This document shows, piece after piece, positions 39,124-49,154 of a DNA stretch of 64,000 nucleotides; the stretch's first letter is position 1, and each line of letters begins with the position of its first letter. Origin of the DNA: Parcubacteria group bacterium Gr01-1014_3. GTDB taxonomy: Bacteria > Patescibacteriota > Minisyncoccia > UBA6257 > WO2-44-18. The DNA is taken from contig VMGF01000002.1 of the NCBI GenBank assembly GCA_007376445.1, positions 103,928-167,927 on the forward strand, given 5' to 3'. The position numbers and the translations under genes were made by a program. Below the pieces are notes generated by a model. It saw only the letters and a list, made by a program, of their open reading frames with translations. It was not told where the DNA came from and made no database searches.

Positions 39124-40668
39124 TTAAAACTTTACTATAAACGCAGTCCCAAATCCGGGAGAACTTTCCACGGTGATCGTGCCGTTATGCCTTTCAGCGA
39201 TGGTTTTGCAGATCGCTAATCCCAAGCCGGTGCCATGAATATCATCCCCGTTTTTCGCGCGATAAAATCTGTCAAAAATGTGCGGCAGGTCTTCGGAACT
39301 GATGCCGATGCCCGTATCGCTGACGGAAAGCTCAATAGGCCCGCGATTTTTATTGAGGGCAATCACGATCTTCTTTTCACCGCCATTATGCATGTATTTT
39401 ACCGAATTGCTTAGAAGATTCGTGACCAGCTCTTCCAGTCGGTTCTTGTCTCCTGTCACAAAAATATCCGGCTGGATATTGACGACCACATTTATGTGCT
39501 TCGCCTCCGCTAGTGTGCTGAAATATTCGGAAGTATCGGATAAAAGACGGCTCAAATTAACTTTTTCCCAGATAAAATTCGCCTGCGCTGTTTCCAATTT
39601 GGACAAATTCAGGAAATCATAAATGAACTTTGAAATATCATCTACCGATTTATCCAAAGCGCTCAAACTAGGCAATTTAACGTGATGCCTTAGCGACTCC
39701 AGTTCGCTTTTCAGGATCGTTAATGGGGTTTGTAGGCCGTGTGAAATATCCACCATGATCTGCTTTTCTTTTTCCCGTAATTCTTTGAGGTGGCTCGTTT
39801 TTTCTTCAACTCTTTTCTTTGAGTAAATTTCAATCAGAAAAACGGATATAATGCCGACCACGACCGACAAACCGGCGGAGATCATGACCGATAAGTGTTC
39901 TGGGATGATCAGGCCGATGTGAAGGGCTGATAATAAATAGAGCGACACTATTACTCCTAAAAGCGTCGCGTAGATCAGGCTTTTTTGTATAACTACGCGA
40001 ATGTCCATTAACTGATGACGGACCAGGGCATAGGCGGTGAAAGTCACAAAAACGATCGAGCCGAGAATGCCCATAAAATTAAGGTCAAAAACTCCAAGGA
40101 ATGGCAGGACAGCGCTAAAGACGAATCCGGTTATGCCAAAGGTAGCGGCGCCGAAAAATAAATACTTCATCTTCAATCTGGCCAGATCGGATAGTTTTCT
40201 GTAGTTCCGGAAAAATAAAATAATACTGAAGATCACGTAGAAACCGAAGAAAAACGCGTAAAGCGGGAACCAGGGAGTATTGATCGGAGCCACCGCGCCG
40301 TTAGCAGACACTTCGATGCCGCTGACAAAAATCCCGAACGGTATCGCGACACAGATCGGTATAAATGGAATCAGGGTCAACCAGAAAGACTTTTTTATTT
40401 GGGAAGAGTTCGGAAATGTTTTAGCCAATAAAACCAACCCGAAAAGTAAGGTCGTCCCGGCCATCAGAATAACCCGGTCAAAAATAATACTCTTAGTTAT
40501 AAAGACCAATACCAGGCTGCCGATCCAAACCGCTATGCCGCAGGCAAAGCAGAAAAATGACCAATTTACGATACTACGAGGGTTTTTGAAAAGCACGAAA
40601 ACTCCGATCAAAAAATTGACAATAGCCGTTCCCAGGAAAACCACCTCCTGGAGGGGTGAAAAAGTCAT
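39124..40668 (-). CDS. Sensor histidine kinase with N-terminal multi-TM (HisKA-7TM-like) domain
   Basis: 8-9 TM, SHGLQTPL H-box, NLLSN.VKY, DTGIG, GTGLGL. Confidence 0.9.
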   Translation of the reverse strand: MTFSPLQEVVFLGTAIVNFLIGVFVLFKNPRSIVNWSFFCFACGIAVWIGSLVLVFITKSIIFDRVILMAGTTLLFGLVLLAKTFPNSSQIKKSFWLTLIPFIPICVAIPFGIFVSGIEVSANGAVAPINTPWFPLYAFFFGFYVIFSIILFFRNYRKLSDLARLKMKYLFFGAATFGITGFVFSAVLPFLGVFDLNFMGILGSIVFVTFTAYALVRHQLMDIRVVIQKSLIYATLLGVIVSLYLLSALHIGLIIPEHLSVMISAGLSVVVGIISVFLIEIYSKKRVEEKTSHLKELREKEKQIMVDISHGLQTPLTILKSELESLRHHVKLPSLSALDKSVDDISKFIYDFLNLSKLETAQANFIWEKVNLSRLLSDTSEYFSTLAEAKHINVVVNIQPDIFVTGDKNRLEELVTNLLSNSVKYMHNGGEKKIVIALNKNRGPIELSVSDTGIGISSEDLPHIFDRFYRAKNGDDIHGTGLGLAICKTIAERHNGTITVESSPGFGTAFIVKF

Positions 40669-40703
40669 GCAGGCAGTCTAAATAAAGAGCCCTAGTATTG
40701 CAA

Positions 40704-41294
40704 CTAGGGCCCAAAAACTATAAAACCGGCCTTAACGGAGCGCCTCACGTTCGGCTCCATGGCCTCAACCATCTGACTCAAGTCCATCATATAGAGTTTA
40801 GGGGCTGGTAAGTCCAAATAGTAGCCTAAACCGTCCTTACTAATCCGATCCATCATCAGCCTGGCGTCCAATATTACCCGAGCATCGATACCCAGCTGAT
40901 CTAGCTTGGCCTTGATGTGATCTTTAGCCTCGGAAATCGTGTGAGTCTTGCCTTGAGTCAGGCCGTGCTTGGCCGCGACATAGATTAAGGCATCCGCGAT
41001 ACCCCGCATAGTGACCATCCAGCGTCCATATTGAATGTTTTTTTCTCTGTGGAATGGCCACGGAGTTTTGGCTTTATCGAATTCATAAATGATCTCGAGA
41101 GGCAAAGGTTTATTAACCTCGCCTATATCAAGACCGGTAGTACCGACAATTTCTGAGCCATTTGTGGCCACAAAAAGCACATCCGGAGGCGGAGGTGGTT
41201 GGCACTTATAATGATTGAAGGCTACTTTATTAATAAACTCCAGCGCTTTTTGATAATCACTGCCCTGGCCTACCAATCGAATGTTTATGGCCAC
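40704..41294 (-). CDS. GNAT-fold acyltransferase-like protein (thermostable-hemolysin/FeeM-like)
   Basis: A.EFI...F..Y, IVGT.G, LPLE..Y, QYGRW, LG, GYY...P pattern; GTG start overlaps the thiF stop (TAGTG). Confidence 0.55.
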   Translation of the reverse strand: MAINIRLVGQGSDYQKALEFINKVAFNHYKCQPPPPPDVLFVATNGSEIVGTTGLDIGEVNKPLPLEIIYEFDKAKTPWPFHREKNIQYGRWMVTMRGIADALIYVAAKHGLTQGKTHTISEAKDHIKAKLDQLGIDARVILDARLMMDRISKDGLGYYLDLPAPKLYMMDLSQMVEAMEPNVRRSVKAGFIVFGP

Positions 41295-42253
41295 TAACCC
41301 CTCACGATCTCTGCCTTCATTTTGGCAGCATCAAAGTAAAGATAGCCAGGCATCTTCGGCGTCTCAATCGCGGTCCGCTTGATTGCGGATGACGCGAGCA
41401 GATGCAATAAGACCCGGTCCGCGAGAAAACCAGTGGCCATTGGCGGATTGGTGGCAATAATCGAAGCCTTTCCCTCGTTAAATAGACGCTCTTTCAGTCG
41501 AATCACATTTTGGTAATCCGACTCTTCCGCGCAATATTCCGGTATGGCCGGCACCAACCCATTCAGCACGCTGTTCATCACTTCATGAATCTCGTCTTTA
41601 CTGGCTTTACGCGATTGAATTTTTTCCTGCAGCAATTTCGCTTTTTGATATGAAAGTCCCAGACAATCCTCCATCGTCTGGCTATCATGGGTAAACAGGA
41701 AAAGCCGCGTTCCAAAGCCGACCGTGTTGCAGTTAAAAACCGGCCTCTTAAACTTTCGCGCCTGCTGATGCAAAAGGATTCGGGCGCCAACCGCCCAAAA
41801 TTCTATTTCATCGCACACCACATCACATCCGGAAATAAACTGATCGACGGTTTCCTCCGAGATCCCCTGCGGATAAACTTCCAGAGTGAAATCATCGCTG
41901 ATCTCCCGGAGCATCCGGGCGGTTTCAAAAGCTTTGGATTTGCCAACCGTGAAGCGAGTTGCCGCGAATTGCCGATTGATATTGGAAATATCAAAAACTT
42001 CGCAATCGGCGATTCGGATTTCTCCGACTCCCAGGCGCAAAAATTTTTCCGCCAGCTGGCCGCCCATACCTCCGCATCCGGCAATGCCGATCACGGTTTT
42101 TCTAAGGACTTCCTGTTCGGTTTTGGTGATCCAGCCGATATTCCGGTCTACTCTTTCCCAGTAATATTTTTCATCGGCATTCCGGGGACCGATCCTATAG
42201 ATAGTGTCGAGTTTGAGCTTCTTAGGTAAGACTACGCGCTTCTGTACCATCAC
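41294..42253 (-). CDS. ThiF/MoeB-family adenylyltransferase
   Basis: RNIGWIT..EQ, GCGGMG, D...FD.SN.NRQ, K; no Zn-binding CxxC pairs; AAGGAGG SD. Confidence 0.9.
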   Translation of the reverse strand: MMVQKRVVLPKKLKLDTIYRIGPRNADEKYYWERVDRNIGWITKTEQEVLRKTVIGIAGCGGMGGQLAEKFLRLGVGEIRIADCEVFDISNINRQFAATRFTVGKSKAFETARMLREISDDFTLEVYPQGISEETVDQFISGCDVVCDEIEFWAVGARILLHQQARKFKRPVFNCNTVGFGTRLFLFTHDSQTMEDCLGLSYQKAKLLQEKIQSRKASKDEIHEVMNSVLNGLVPAIPEYCAEESDYQNVIRLKERLFNEGKASIIATNPPMATGFLADRVLLHLLASSAIKRTAIETPKMPGYLYFDAAKMKAEIVRG

Positions 42254-42299
42254 AAAAAACCTCCTTGTTAAGGTACCTCTCTAATTTTCGTTTTAAATT

Positions 42300-42328
42300 G
42301 CTATAAAAAAGCTCTAAAAAAACTCAAA
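42300..42328 (-). promoter_or_regulatory. Three degenerate GCTCTAA repeats, 11-bp period (putative OmpR-type box)
   Basis: GCTATAA 42300, GCTCTAA 42311, ACTCAAA 42322, upstream of thiF. Confidence 0.4.
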
Positions 42329-42333
42329 TCTTT

Positions 42334-43008
42334 CTAAAGTTGTTCGGAAAGTTTATAGCCACGGCCCGGAATGGTGTGGATAAGTCGTTTTTTAACGTTG
42401 GTATCGATTTTTCTCCGCAAACTCAAAATATGTGATTCAATAGTATTTGAAAATGGGTCCGCGCTCATATTCCAGACATGCTCCATGATCATACCTCTGG
42501 ATAAAACCGCGCCGGCGTTTTTTAAAAGATATTCTAATAGCGCGAATTCTTTCCGGGTCAAATAAACCTCTTTCGCGCCACGCTTTACCACCTGTTTTTT
42601 GTTGTCCAAAACCAGATCCGCAATCTGTAAAATATCCCCTTCTACTTTTGGCGGACGGCGCAATAATGCCCGAACTCTCGCCATGAGCTCTTCTAATGAA
42701 AATGGCTTACTGAGATAGTCATCGGCGCCGGAATTTAATAACTCAACTTTCGTAGAAACTTCACTTTTCACCGATAAGACGATGATCGGCACGCTCTTTC
42801 CCTCTTTCCGGACTTCTTGGCAGACCTGCAGACCGGTCTTTTTGGGCAAGATATTATCCAGAATAATTAAATCGTAATCGTTAGTCCGCGCCAAAAATGA
42901 CCCTCGCTCACCATCGGTAGCCACATCCACCGCGAAGGATTCCGCCTCTAAACCCGCCCGCAGAAACTGGGCGATCTGCTTTTCGTCTTCCACAATTAGG
43001 ATACGCAT
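42334..43008 (-). CDS. OmpR/PhoB-family DNA-binding response regulator
   Basis: ILIVEDE, GADDYLSKPF, LTRKEF, LRRKI, T.PGRGY. Confidence 0.94.
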   Translation of the reverse strand: MRILIVEDEKQIAQFLRAGLEAESFAVDVATDGERGSFLARTNDYDLIILDNILPKKTGLQVCQEVRKEGKSVPIIVLSVKSEVSTKVELLNSGADDYLSKPFSLEELMARVRALLRRPPKVEGDILQIADLVLDNKKQVVKRGAKEVYLTRKEFALLEYLLKNAGAVLSRGMIMEHVWNMSADPFSNTIESHILSLRRKIDTNVKKRLIHTIPGRGYKLSEQL

Positions 43009-43176
43009 AATTTGTTCATAAAGTATCAGGTGATTCAAGACCAGTCAAAGGCTAACATTTTATAGATAAATTATTTCTAAAGTTTAAAAATGGAGAATTT
43101 AAGAAAAATTTGCCAAATTTTAGCTAATTCGTCATAATCTAACAGGTTTTTTGATAGTGATTTAAGGAGTTGGCTG

Positions 43177-44046
43177 ATGGAAGTAATCGTAATTCCCCCG
43201 ACCTATTTTGACGTCGTGGAGTCTTACAATACCCGCATGCGGCCGGATCTGCCGTATGGCAAACCTGATCCACGCAAAACCTTTCAGCAGTGGGCGAAAA
43301 TGGTCGAGATTCTTACGTATGATCTTGGAGTTAAAGTAGAATTCATGAATCCGACTATCGATCTTCACGACATGGCCTTCGCCTGTGATCCGGGACTTTG
43401 GATAGACAATACGTTTATTGCCGCTAACTTCCAGCCGGAAGCTCGTCGGCTGGAGGTCGCGCCATTTTTTGAAGCCTTTTCCAGAACCACAACCTATCCC
43501 AGAGCCTTACCCGAAGAAGCATGTTTCGAAGGTGGCGACTGCGTTGTTGTAGGAAATACTCTCCTGTTGGGTTATGGCGAAAATCGCACCAACCGGCGCG
43601 GAGTCGAAGAGGTGAAAAAGATCCTGGAACCGCAGGCAATCAGGGTTGTCCCGATCCGCCGGGTCACGGAAGAGTTCTATCATCTGAACTCGGTGCTGAC
43701 AGTGTATCCCTCGGCCGGTCTCATCGCTTACTATGCCGAAGCCTTTGAGCCGGATATTCAAGAGATCCTTGAAAAAAATCTGCCGCGGATGAAGTCGGTA
43801 GCCCTTCCGAAGGACGCGGTCTACCGGAAACAGCCGGCGATCGGCGATGAGTATCTCTATAGCTACTGCCTGAATTCGATCGAAAATAACGGCAAAGTGC
43901 TAATGTCGTATTGTTCCAGTACGCATCGCAAGCTTCTCGAAAGTCACGGACTGCAACCGATCGTTCTCGACTGCTCGGAATTCGAGAAGTCCGGCGGCGC
44001 ATTTCGCTGTTTGACGATGATCCACAACATTACAAAAACCCCATAA
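43177..44046 (+). CDS. Amidinotransferase/dimethylargininase (pentein) family hydrolase
   Basis: F..D, R..E, FEGGD, YHL and GGAFRCLT with catalytic Cys. Confidence 0.85.
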   Translation: MEVIVIPPTYFDVVESYNTRMRPDLPYGKPDPRKTFQQWAKMVEILTYDLGVKVEFMNPTIDLHDMAFACDPGLWIDNTFIAANFQPEARRLEVAPFFEAFSRTTTYPRALPEEACFEGGDCVVVGNTLLLGYGENRTNRRGVEEVKKILEPQAIRVVPIRRVTEEFYHLNSVLTVYPSAGLIAYYAEAFEPDIQEILEKNLPRMKSVALPKDAVYRKQPAIGDEYLYSYCLNSIENNGKVLMSYCSSTHRKLLESHGLQPIVLDCSEFEKSGGAFRCLTMIHNITKTP

Positions 44047-44054
44047 ATGGGGTT

Positions 44055-44588
44055 TTATTTTACTTCGAGGATTGTGTAGGTTTTTGAAACGGCGCCAGTT
44101 TGAAAAGTGACACTATCCCCTTTTTCGTGACCAAGAAGCGCGGCGCCAAGCGGTGATTGATAAGAAATACGTCCATTGGTTGGTTCGGTTTCGGACGGCC
44201 CGACGATTTGGAAAGCTCGTGGTGAGCCCGCCTGCCCCGCCCTGGCGGTGGCCGAACCATTCTCTTCAATTACAACGATCGAACCAAGCTGAACCTTACC
44301 GGAAGTATTCGGCCCGGATTTAATTACAGATGCTCGGCGGATCTGGTCCTCTAAACTCAAAATCTGCCGGTGTGTTCCTCGTAATTTAGATTTCGCGGCT
44401 TGGTATTCGGCATTCTCCGACCGGTCACCATAATCGGCGGCGGTTTTCGCGTCGGTAGCCAACTTCGGTAAAGATTCTTTAAGGCGCGCTAGCTTATCTT
44501 TTAAATCCTTAAGACCGCCTTCAGTTAAATGAACCGGGCCTTGATCGCGGACTTTCAGTTTTTCTAAGCGACTCCTCGGAATCTGCAT
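44055..44588 (-). CDS. greA: Transcription elongation factor GreA/GreB
   Basis: LT..G, GDRSENAEY, IS..SPLG.ALLG. Confidence 0.85.
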   Translation of the reverse strand: MQIPRSRLEKLKVRDQGPVHLTEGGLKDLKDKLARLKESLPKLATDAKTAADYGDRSENAEYQAAKSKLRGTHRQILSLEDQIRRASVIKSGPNTSGKVQLGSIVVIEENGSATARAGQAGSPRAFQIVGPSETEPTNGRISYQSPLGAALLGHEKGDSVTFQTGAVSKTYTILEVK

Positions 44589-44996
44589 CTAAACCTCGGT
44601 CGGAATCAGTTTCTGATATATCTCACCTACTAATTTTCTAAATAGATCGCGCTTTTTCCAAAAGGTATTGCTCTCGGAAACATCGTTGTTTTGGATCTTT
44701 TTTATCTCATTCAACACCGCGTATCGGGTGTGTCCGAGATCGGCATCCGACTTAGTGTTAGCATCTTCCAGTGCCTGGTAGATCTGCTTGAGATGATTGT
44801 ACTTATTCGGAATGTTGAGAGCGATATTGGCCTTAGTATTGGATGAAAGAGTGGCGGTCAAAGTGTTTACTTCGATATGTTCAATAAAATCGTGAATCGC
44901 TTCAAAAAACGCGAAACTATCAGGCGTTTTAAGAACCTTTTGAAATTTCTTCTCAAGACCAACCTTAACTTTTGGTAGTATCTTCATTGCTTGCAT
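44589..44996 (-). CDS. Hypothetical protein
   Basis: ORF abutting greA. Confidence 0.65.
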   Translation of the reverse strand: MQAMKILPKVKVGLEKKFQKVLKTPDSFAFFEAIHDFIEHIEVNTLTATLSSNTKANIALNIPNKYNHLKQIYQALEDANTKSDADLGHTRYAVLNEIKKIQNNDVSESNTFWKKRDLFRKLVGEIYQKLIPTEV

Positions 44997-45066
44997 TCTA
45001 GCATGTCTATGGCGAAATAGCGAGCAATAAAAAATGCCCCGATAGTTGTCGGGGCAAGTCTGTTAT

Positions 45067-46497
45067 TTAATTAATTCGTTTCATTTTCCGTTTCACGGCG
45101 CGGATGCTTTCTTTTAAGGTGTCGGTGATAATGCCGAGCTCGTTTTTACGTTTATTTTCGCTATCAGAGCCGATGATCAGCGGTGGCGTGATCCGGATCG
45201 CGGAAATTCCCGCGTCCAAGAAAAGCACGCCACGCTTCCGGGATTCCAGTACCACTTCATTTCGGAAATTTGTGGCCGGTTTTATGGTATTCGGATTCCA
45301 GAATTCAATCCCGTGCATCAGACCCATGCCGCGGACATTGTGAACTACGTCCTTATTTTCCTCTTCGATCATGCGCAAGGCTGGACCTAGTTCCCCATCG
45401 CCAACCTCCTGGGCTCGCTGAGGAAGATTCTTGGATAATGTCTGCGAAAGCACTTCCAGCGCTATAGCGGAACCGAGAGGAGAGCCGGCAAAAGTACTCG
45501 ACTGCTGTCCCTTATTGGTCCAGCCCATCTTGTGATCGTAAATTACGGCGCTGAACGGAAAACCATGCGCCAGAGATTTCGACAACACTACGACATCCGG
45601 CTCGATGTTGAAATGCTCAAAGGCAAAAAGCTTTCCGGTACGCCCAAGGCCGGTTTGAATTTCATCAACCACGACATAAACGCCGTGATTTTTGAAAAAC
45701 CTCACCAAGTCCTGAATCGCCTCTTTAGAAGGAACATTAATGCCGCCTTCGCCCTGGATTAGCTCCAGCACCACCGCGTTGACCGAATCAATATCGATCA
45801 TACCCTTACGACATGCCGTCTTCAGCTTCTCTAGGTATTCATTTCTCGTGAGGTCGGTGTACTGAACATCACCATCGTCGTCATAAACAAAATACCGATG
45901 CTTAGCTGGAAAGTGAATGTGGTAATTAGGAAAAGCGTTGGTCGGATAATTCTCCCGCTGAATGGGTTTCGAACAGGTCAACGACAAAGCGCCGAGTGTT
46001 CGTCCATGGAAAGCGCCATAGCACGCCACGAAATCTTTACGATGCTTTTGAGTACCAGTCCGTACTCGAGCGTTATAGCAGAGCTTAATGGCCGCTTCAA
46101 TCCCCTCGGAGCCGGAGTTAGCAAAAACAACTTCACGCTCCACTTTCAACGGTGTCAGTTCAGCCAGCACATAGGCAAGCTCCAGCGCGTAATCATTTTG
46201 CATATCATGGTGAGGATAGCCGAAGACATCCTTCTGCTTTCGCAGGACCTCTCGGATAACTTGCCTGATCCTTTCATTGCCATAGCCTAGATTTTTAGTA
46301 CTCACTCCTCCCGAGGCATCGATTAATGACCGACGCTGACCATTATCCAAAACCATAATGCGCGAACCTTTGCCGTCTAAATAGGTCAATTTCTTATCAA
46401 TGACGGTAGTGCAAGCGTAACTATCTTCTCTCTTTTCGCGCGGTATTTTTTCAACTCGGCTAAAAAGCTTAGCGGCGCGTTCCTTGTCTGTATTCAA
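45067..46497 (-). CDS. Class III (omega) aminotransferase
   Basis: NSGSE, FHGRT, ELIQGEGG, DEIQTGLGRTG, SKSL. Confidence 0.92.
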   Translation of the reverse strand: MNTDKERAAKLFSRVEKIPREKREDSYACTTVIDKKLTYLDGKGSRIMVLDNGQRRSLIDASGGVSTKNLGYGNERIRQVIREVLRKQKDVFGYPHHDMQNDYALELAYVLAELTPLKVEREVVFANSGSEGIEAAIKLCYNARVRTGTQKHRKDFVACYGAFHGRTLGALSLTCSKPIQRENYPTNAFPNYHIHFPAKHRYFVYDDDGDVQYTDLTRNEYLEKLKTACRKGMIDIDSVNAVVLELIQGEGGINVPSKEAIQDLVRFFKNHGVYVVVDEIQTGLGRTGKLFAFEHFNIEPDVVVLSKSLAHGFPFSAVIYDHKMGWTNKGQQSSTFAGSPLGSAIALEVLSQTLSKNLPQRAQEVGDGELGPALRMIEEENKDVVHNVRGMGLMHGIEFWNPNTIKPATNFRNEVVLESRKRGVLFLDAGISAIRITPPLIIGSDSENKRKNELGIITDTLKESIRAVKRKMKRIN

Positions 46498-46607
46498 GAG
46501 GGTGCTCCTTTCATGAGCTACATTTTTTTAAAGGACAACAACCGGGTATATCATAATAAGATTTTGGCAGGATGTCTAGCGAAAAATTTAAATAAAAAAA
46601 CCCACTC

Positions 46608-47900
46608 CTAGGAGTGGGTTTCAATCGCTTTCATCAGAATTTCAGTCGCTTTCTTGATCTCGTCATAGGTGATGATCAGCGGTGGCATCAGGCGGGTGCT
46701 TTGCTCGCCGGTACTCATTAGAAGCAGGCCGCGATTCATCGCTTCCTCGACCACCTTATCCCGCGTCTTCGCGTCGGTGAAGGTCATCCGGCTCATGAGT
46801 CCCAGTCCGCTAATGTCGCTGACCAGTTCCTGAGCCTTCAGACTGTTACTTCTCGCTTCCCAGAGACCACCGCGCAGTACCAAGCCCATCTCATGCGATG
46901 CCTGAGCCAAGTTCTCGCTTTCCACAATCTCCAGGGACTTCAGCCCCGCGGCGCACGCCTGCGGATAACCGCCGAAAGTGTTGCAGTGCTCGGCCCTCTT
47001 CCGGTAACCGAATCCACTCCGGAAAATAGTCGCGCCAATCGGTATCACACCACCGCTCAACGCTTTCGCCACCGTCATAATATCCGGCTCTACTTCGTAG
47101 AAATCAGAGGCCCACATATGGCCGGTCCGTCCCAGTCCGGTCTGAACCTCATCGATAATGACTGTGACTTGGTTTTCATGCAGGTACTGGATCAGCACCT
47201 GCATCATCCGCTTCTTCGCCACATTGATCCCGCCTTCGCCCTGGACCAGTTCCAGCAAGGCAAAGTTGATCTCTTTAATGAATGGCCCGATGGAGCTTTG
47301 GACATACCGGAGATACTGCCTGGAGGTTTGGATGCAATCCAGGAATTCTTTTTTCGCCATCGTCTCGGGATTTTCTGACGGGAAGATAAGGTAGAACGCC
47401 CGGTTAATCCCGCCATTCAATCCTTCCACATGAAGCGGCTTAGAGCTGGTCGCGGTCCGGCAAAAGCCCAATCGGCCATGAAAATCACCGGCAAAGGTAA
47501 CCATGCCGCGCCGTTCTGGCCGCGCCTTCAGGCAGGCCAGGATCGCCGCTTCGACTGCTTCGCCGCCGGAATTGGAAAAGAAAACTTGCTTATCATATTT
47601 TCCGGGCGTAATGGCTGAAAGCTTCTCCGCGAGCATGACCTGATACTTGTTCAGATACATATTCCCGCTCCAGCCGGCTTCGTCGTTATCGAGAACCTCT
47701 TTCACAGCATTCAAAACTGCCGGGTGATTGTATCCGATATTGGATACTCCCGGACCCGAGGCAAAGTCCAAATAAGGCTTATCATTCAGCCAGATCGTGG
47801 AACCCTTAGCCTTCGTAAAGATCAGCGCCGGCTTCCAAGCAGAAATTGCCACATTCCGAACGGCCTTAATCCCTAACTTCGCGTAATCCGATGCTTCCAT
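46608..47900 (-). CDS. Class III (omega) aminotransferase
   Basis: NSGGE, FHGR, ELVQGEGG, DEVQTGLGRTG, AKALSGG. Confidence 0.92.
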   Translation of the reverse strand: MEASDYAKLGIKAVRNVAISAWKPALIFTKAKGSTIWLNDKPYLDFASGPGVSNIGYNHPAVLNAVKEVLDNDEAGWSGNMYLNKYQVMLAEKLSAITPGKYDKQVFFSNSGGEAVEAAILACLKARPERRGMVTFAGDFHGRLGFCRTATSSKPLHVEGLNGGINRAFYLIFPSENPETMAKKEFLDCIQTSRQYLRYVQSSIGPFIKEINFALLELVQGEGGINVAKKRMMQVLIQYLHENQVTVIIDEVQTGLGRTGHMWASDFYEVEPDIMTVAKALSGGVIPIGATIFRSGFGYRKRAEHCNTFGGYPQACAAGLKSLEIVESENLAQASHEMGLVLRGGLWEARSNSLKAQELVSDISGLGLMSRMTFTDAKTRDKVVEEAMNRGLLLMSTGEQSTRLMPPLIITYDEIKKATEILMKAIETHS

Positions 47901-47986
47901 ATCACCTCCTTGTCACGCCAAGGGCGTGGCTTTCAAAGTTCCGCCCAAGAGTGTATCATTCCTGGCAGATATTTGAAAGGGACAAT

Positions 47987-49081
47987 ATGTCTAAACGTTT
48001 TGTAGTACTTGGCGGCGCCGGAACAATCGGACGAGTAGTGGTGCGCGATCTCTCCGAATCCCGGCCCGGCGATCATGTTATCATTGCAGATTACAACCAA
48101 GAGGCGGCGCAATTCGTGGCGGATACCATTAAGAATCCGGATATAGAAGTCCGTAAAGCGGATGCCCGTCAGCCGGAACTTTTAGCCGGTCTGCTCCGTG
48201 GCTCTGATGTAGTGATCAACTGCCTTCAGCACGACTACAATCTCATGGTGATGGCCGCGGCCCTGGAAGCGGGAACGAATTACGTGGACCTAGGCGGTTT
48301 GTTTACCTGGACCCGCAAGCAATTACGGCTTGATGAAAAATTTAGAAGCGCGGGATTGACGGCCGTGATCGGTGTGGGTTGTTCGCCCGGCATTACCAAT
48401 GTCCTTGCCGCTTACGCGGTAAAGCAGCTGACGAAAGTGAATTCCATAAAAATCCGGATTGGATCAAAAAATTTTAACCAGCCGGATAAAAAACTAAGCT
48501 TTCCATATTCGGCGCAAACGATCATTGAAGAGCTCACCCTGAAACCCTGGGTGTTCCAAGACGGACGGTTTCGCCAAGTATTGCCACGGACCGGCTGGGA
48601 ACAAACCCAATTCGACAAACCAGTGGGACCGGCCTGGACTGTCCGTACGCGACACAGCGAAATTGCCACCCTGCCGGTTAGTTTCAAAAAGAATGGCTTA
48701 CGATTCTGCGATTTCAAGGTCGGTCTTGACCGGCCATTCGTAAAAGAAGTAATGAAACGCTTGCGGAATGGCTGGACAATGCCGGAATTTCAAAAACTGG
48801 TTGCCACGCCTCCAGAACCCAACGACTATGAAATTGTAAGAGTGATGGCCGATGATATGACTATTGATTGCCATTCCCGCTCGCGTCCAGATTGGCGCGC
48901 CAGCGCCGGTGACATCAACACGGCTTGCCCCATCTCCATTGCCGCGCAGATGATCGCGGAGGGCGAGATTGAGCAGCCAGGCGTTTCACCGCCGGAGATT
49001 GCCATTCACCACGAATGCTTCGCCGCTGGTATATTTATCCTCAAACTCCAACTGTGCGGCATGAAAATCGTAATAAATTAA
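47987..49081 (+). CDS. Saccharopine dehydrogenase / lysine 6-dehydrogenase-like oxidoreductase
   Basis: GGAGTIG, NYVDLGG, G.SPGITN, HSE..TLP, GV.PPE. Confidence 0.85.
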   Translation: MSKRFVVLGGAGTIGRVVVRDLSESRPGDHVIIADYNQEAAQFVADTIKNPDIEVRKADARQPELLAGLLRGSDVVINCLQHDYNLMVMAAALEAGTNYVDLGGLFTWTRKQLRLDEKFRSAGLTAVIGVGCSPGITNVLAAYAVKQLTKVNSIKIRIGSKNFNQPDKKLSFPYSAQTIIEELTLKPWVFQDGRFRQVLPRTGWEQTQFDKPVGPAWTVRTRHSEIATLPVSFKKNGLRFCDFKVGLDRPFVKEVMKRLRNGWTMPEFQKLVATPPEPNDYEIVRVMADDMTIDCHSRSRPDWRASAGDINTACPISIAAQMIAEGEIEQPGVSPPEIAIHHECFAAGIFILKLQLCGMKIVIN

Positions 49082-49154
49082 AAACTCAAAGCCCGATTGC
49101 TTCAATCGGGCTTTTTTGTTAATATAACGGCGGTTCATTTATAAGGAGACGCGT

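Noticed and set aside
41294-42253. ThiF as thiamine/molybdopterin enzyme, ubiquitin-like defence E1 or RiPP maturase
   Set aside because: No ThiS/MoaD, E2/JAB or evident precursor peptide nearby; the coupled partner looks like an acyltransferase
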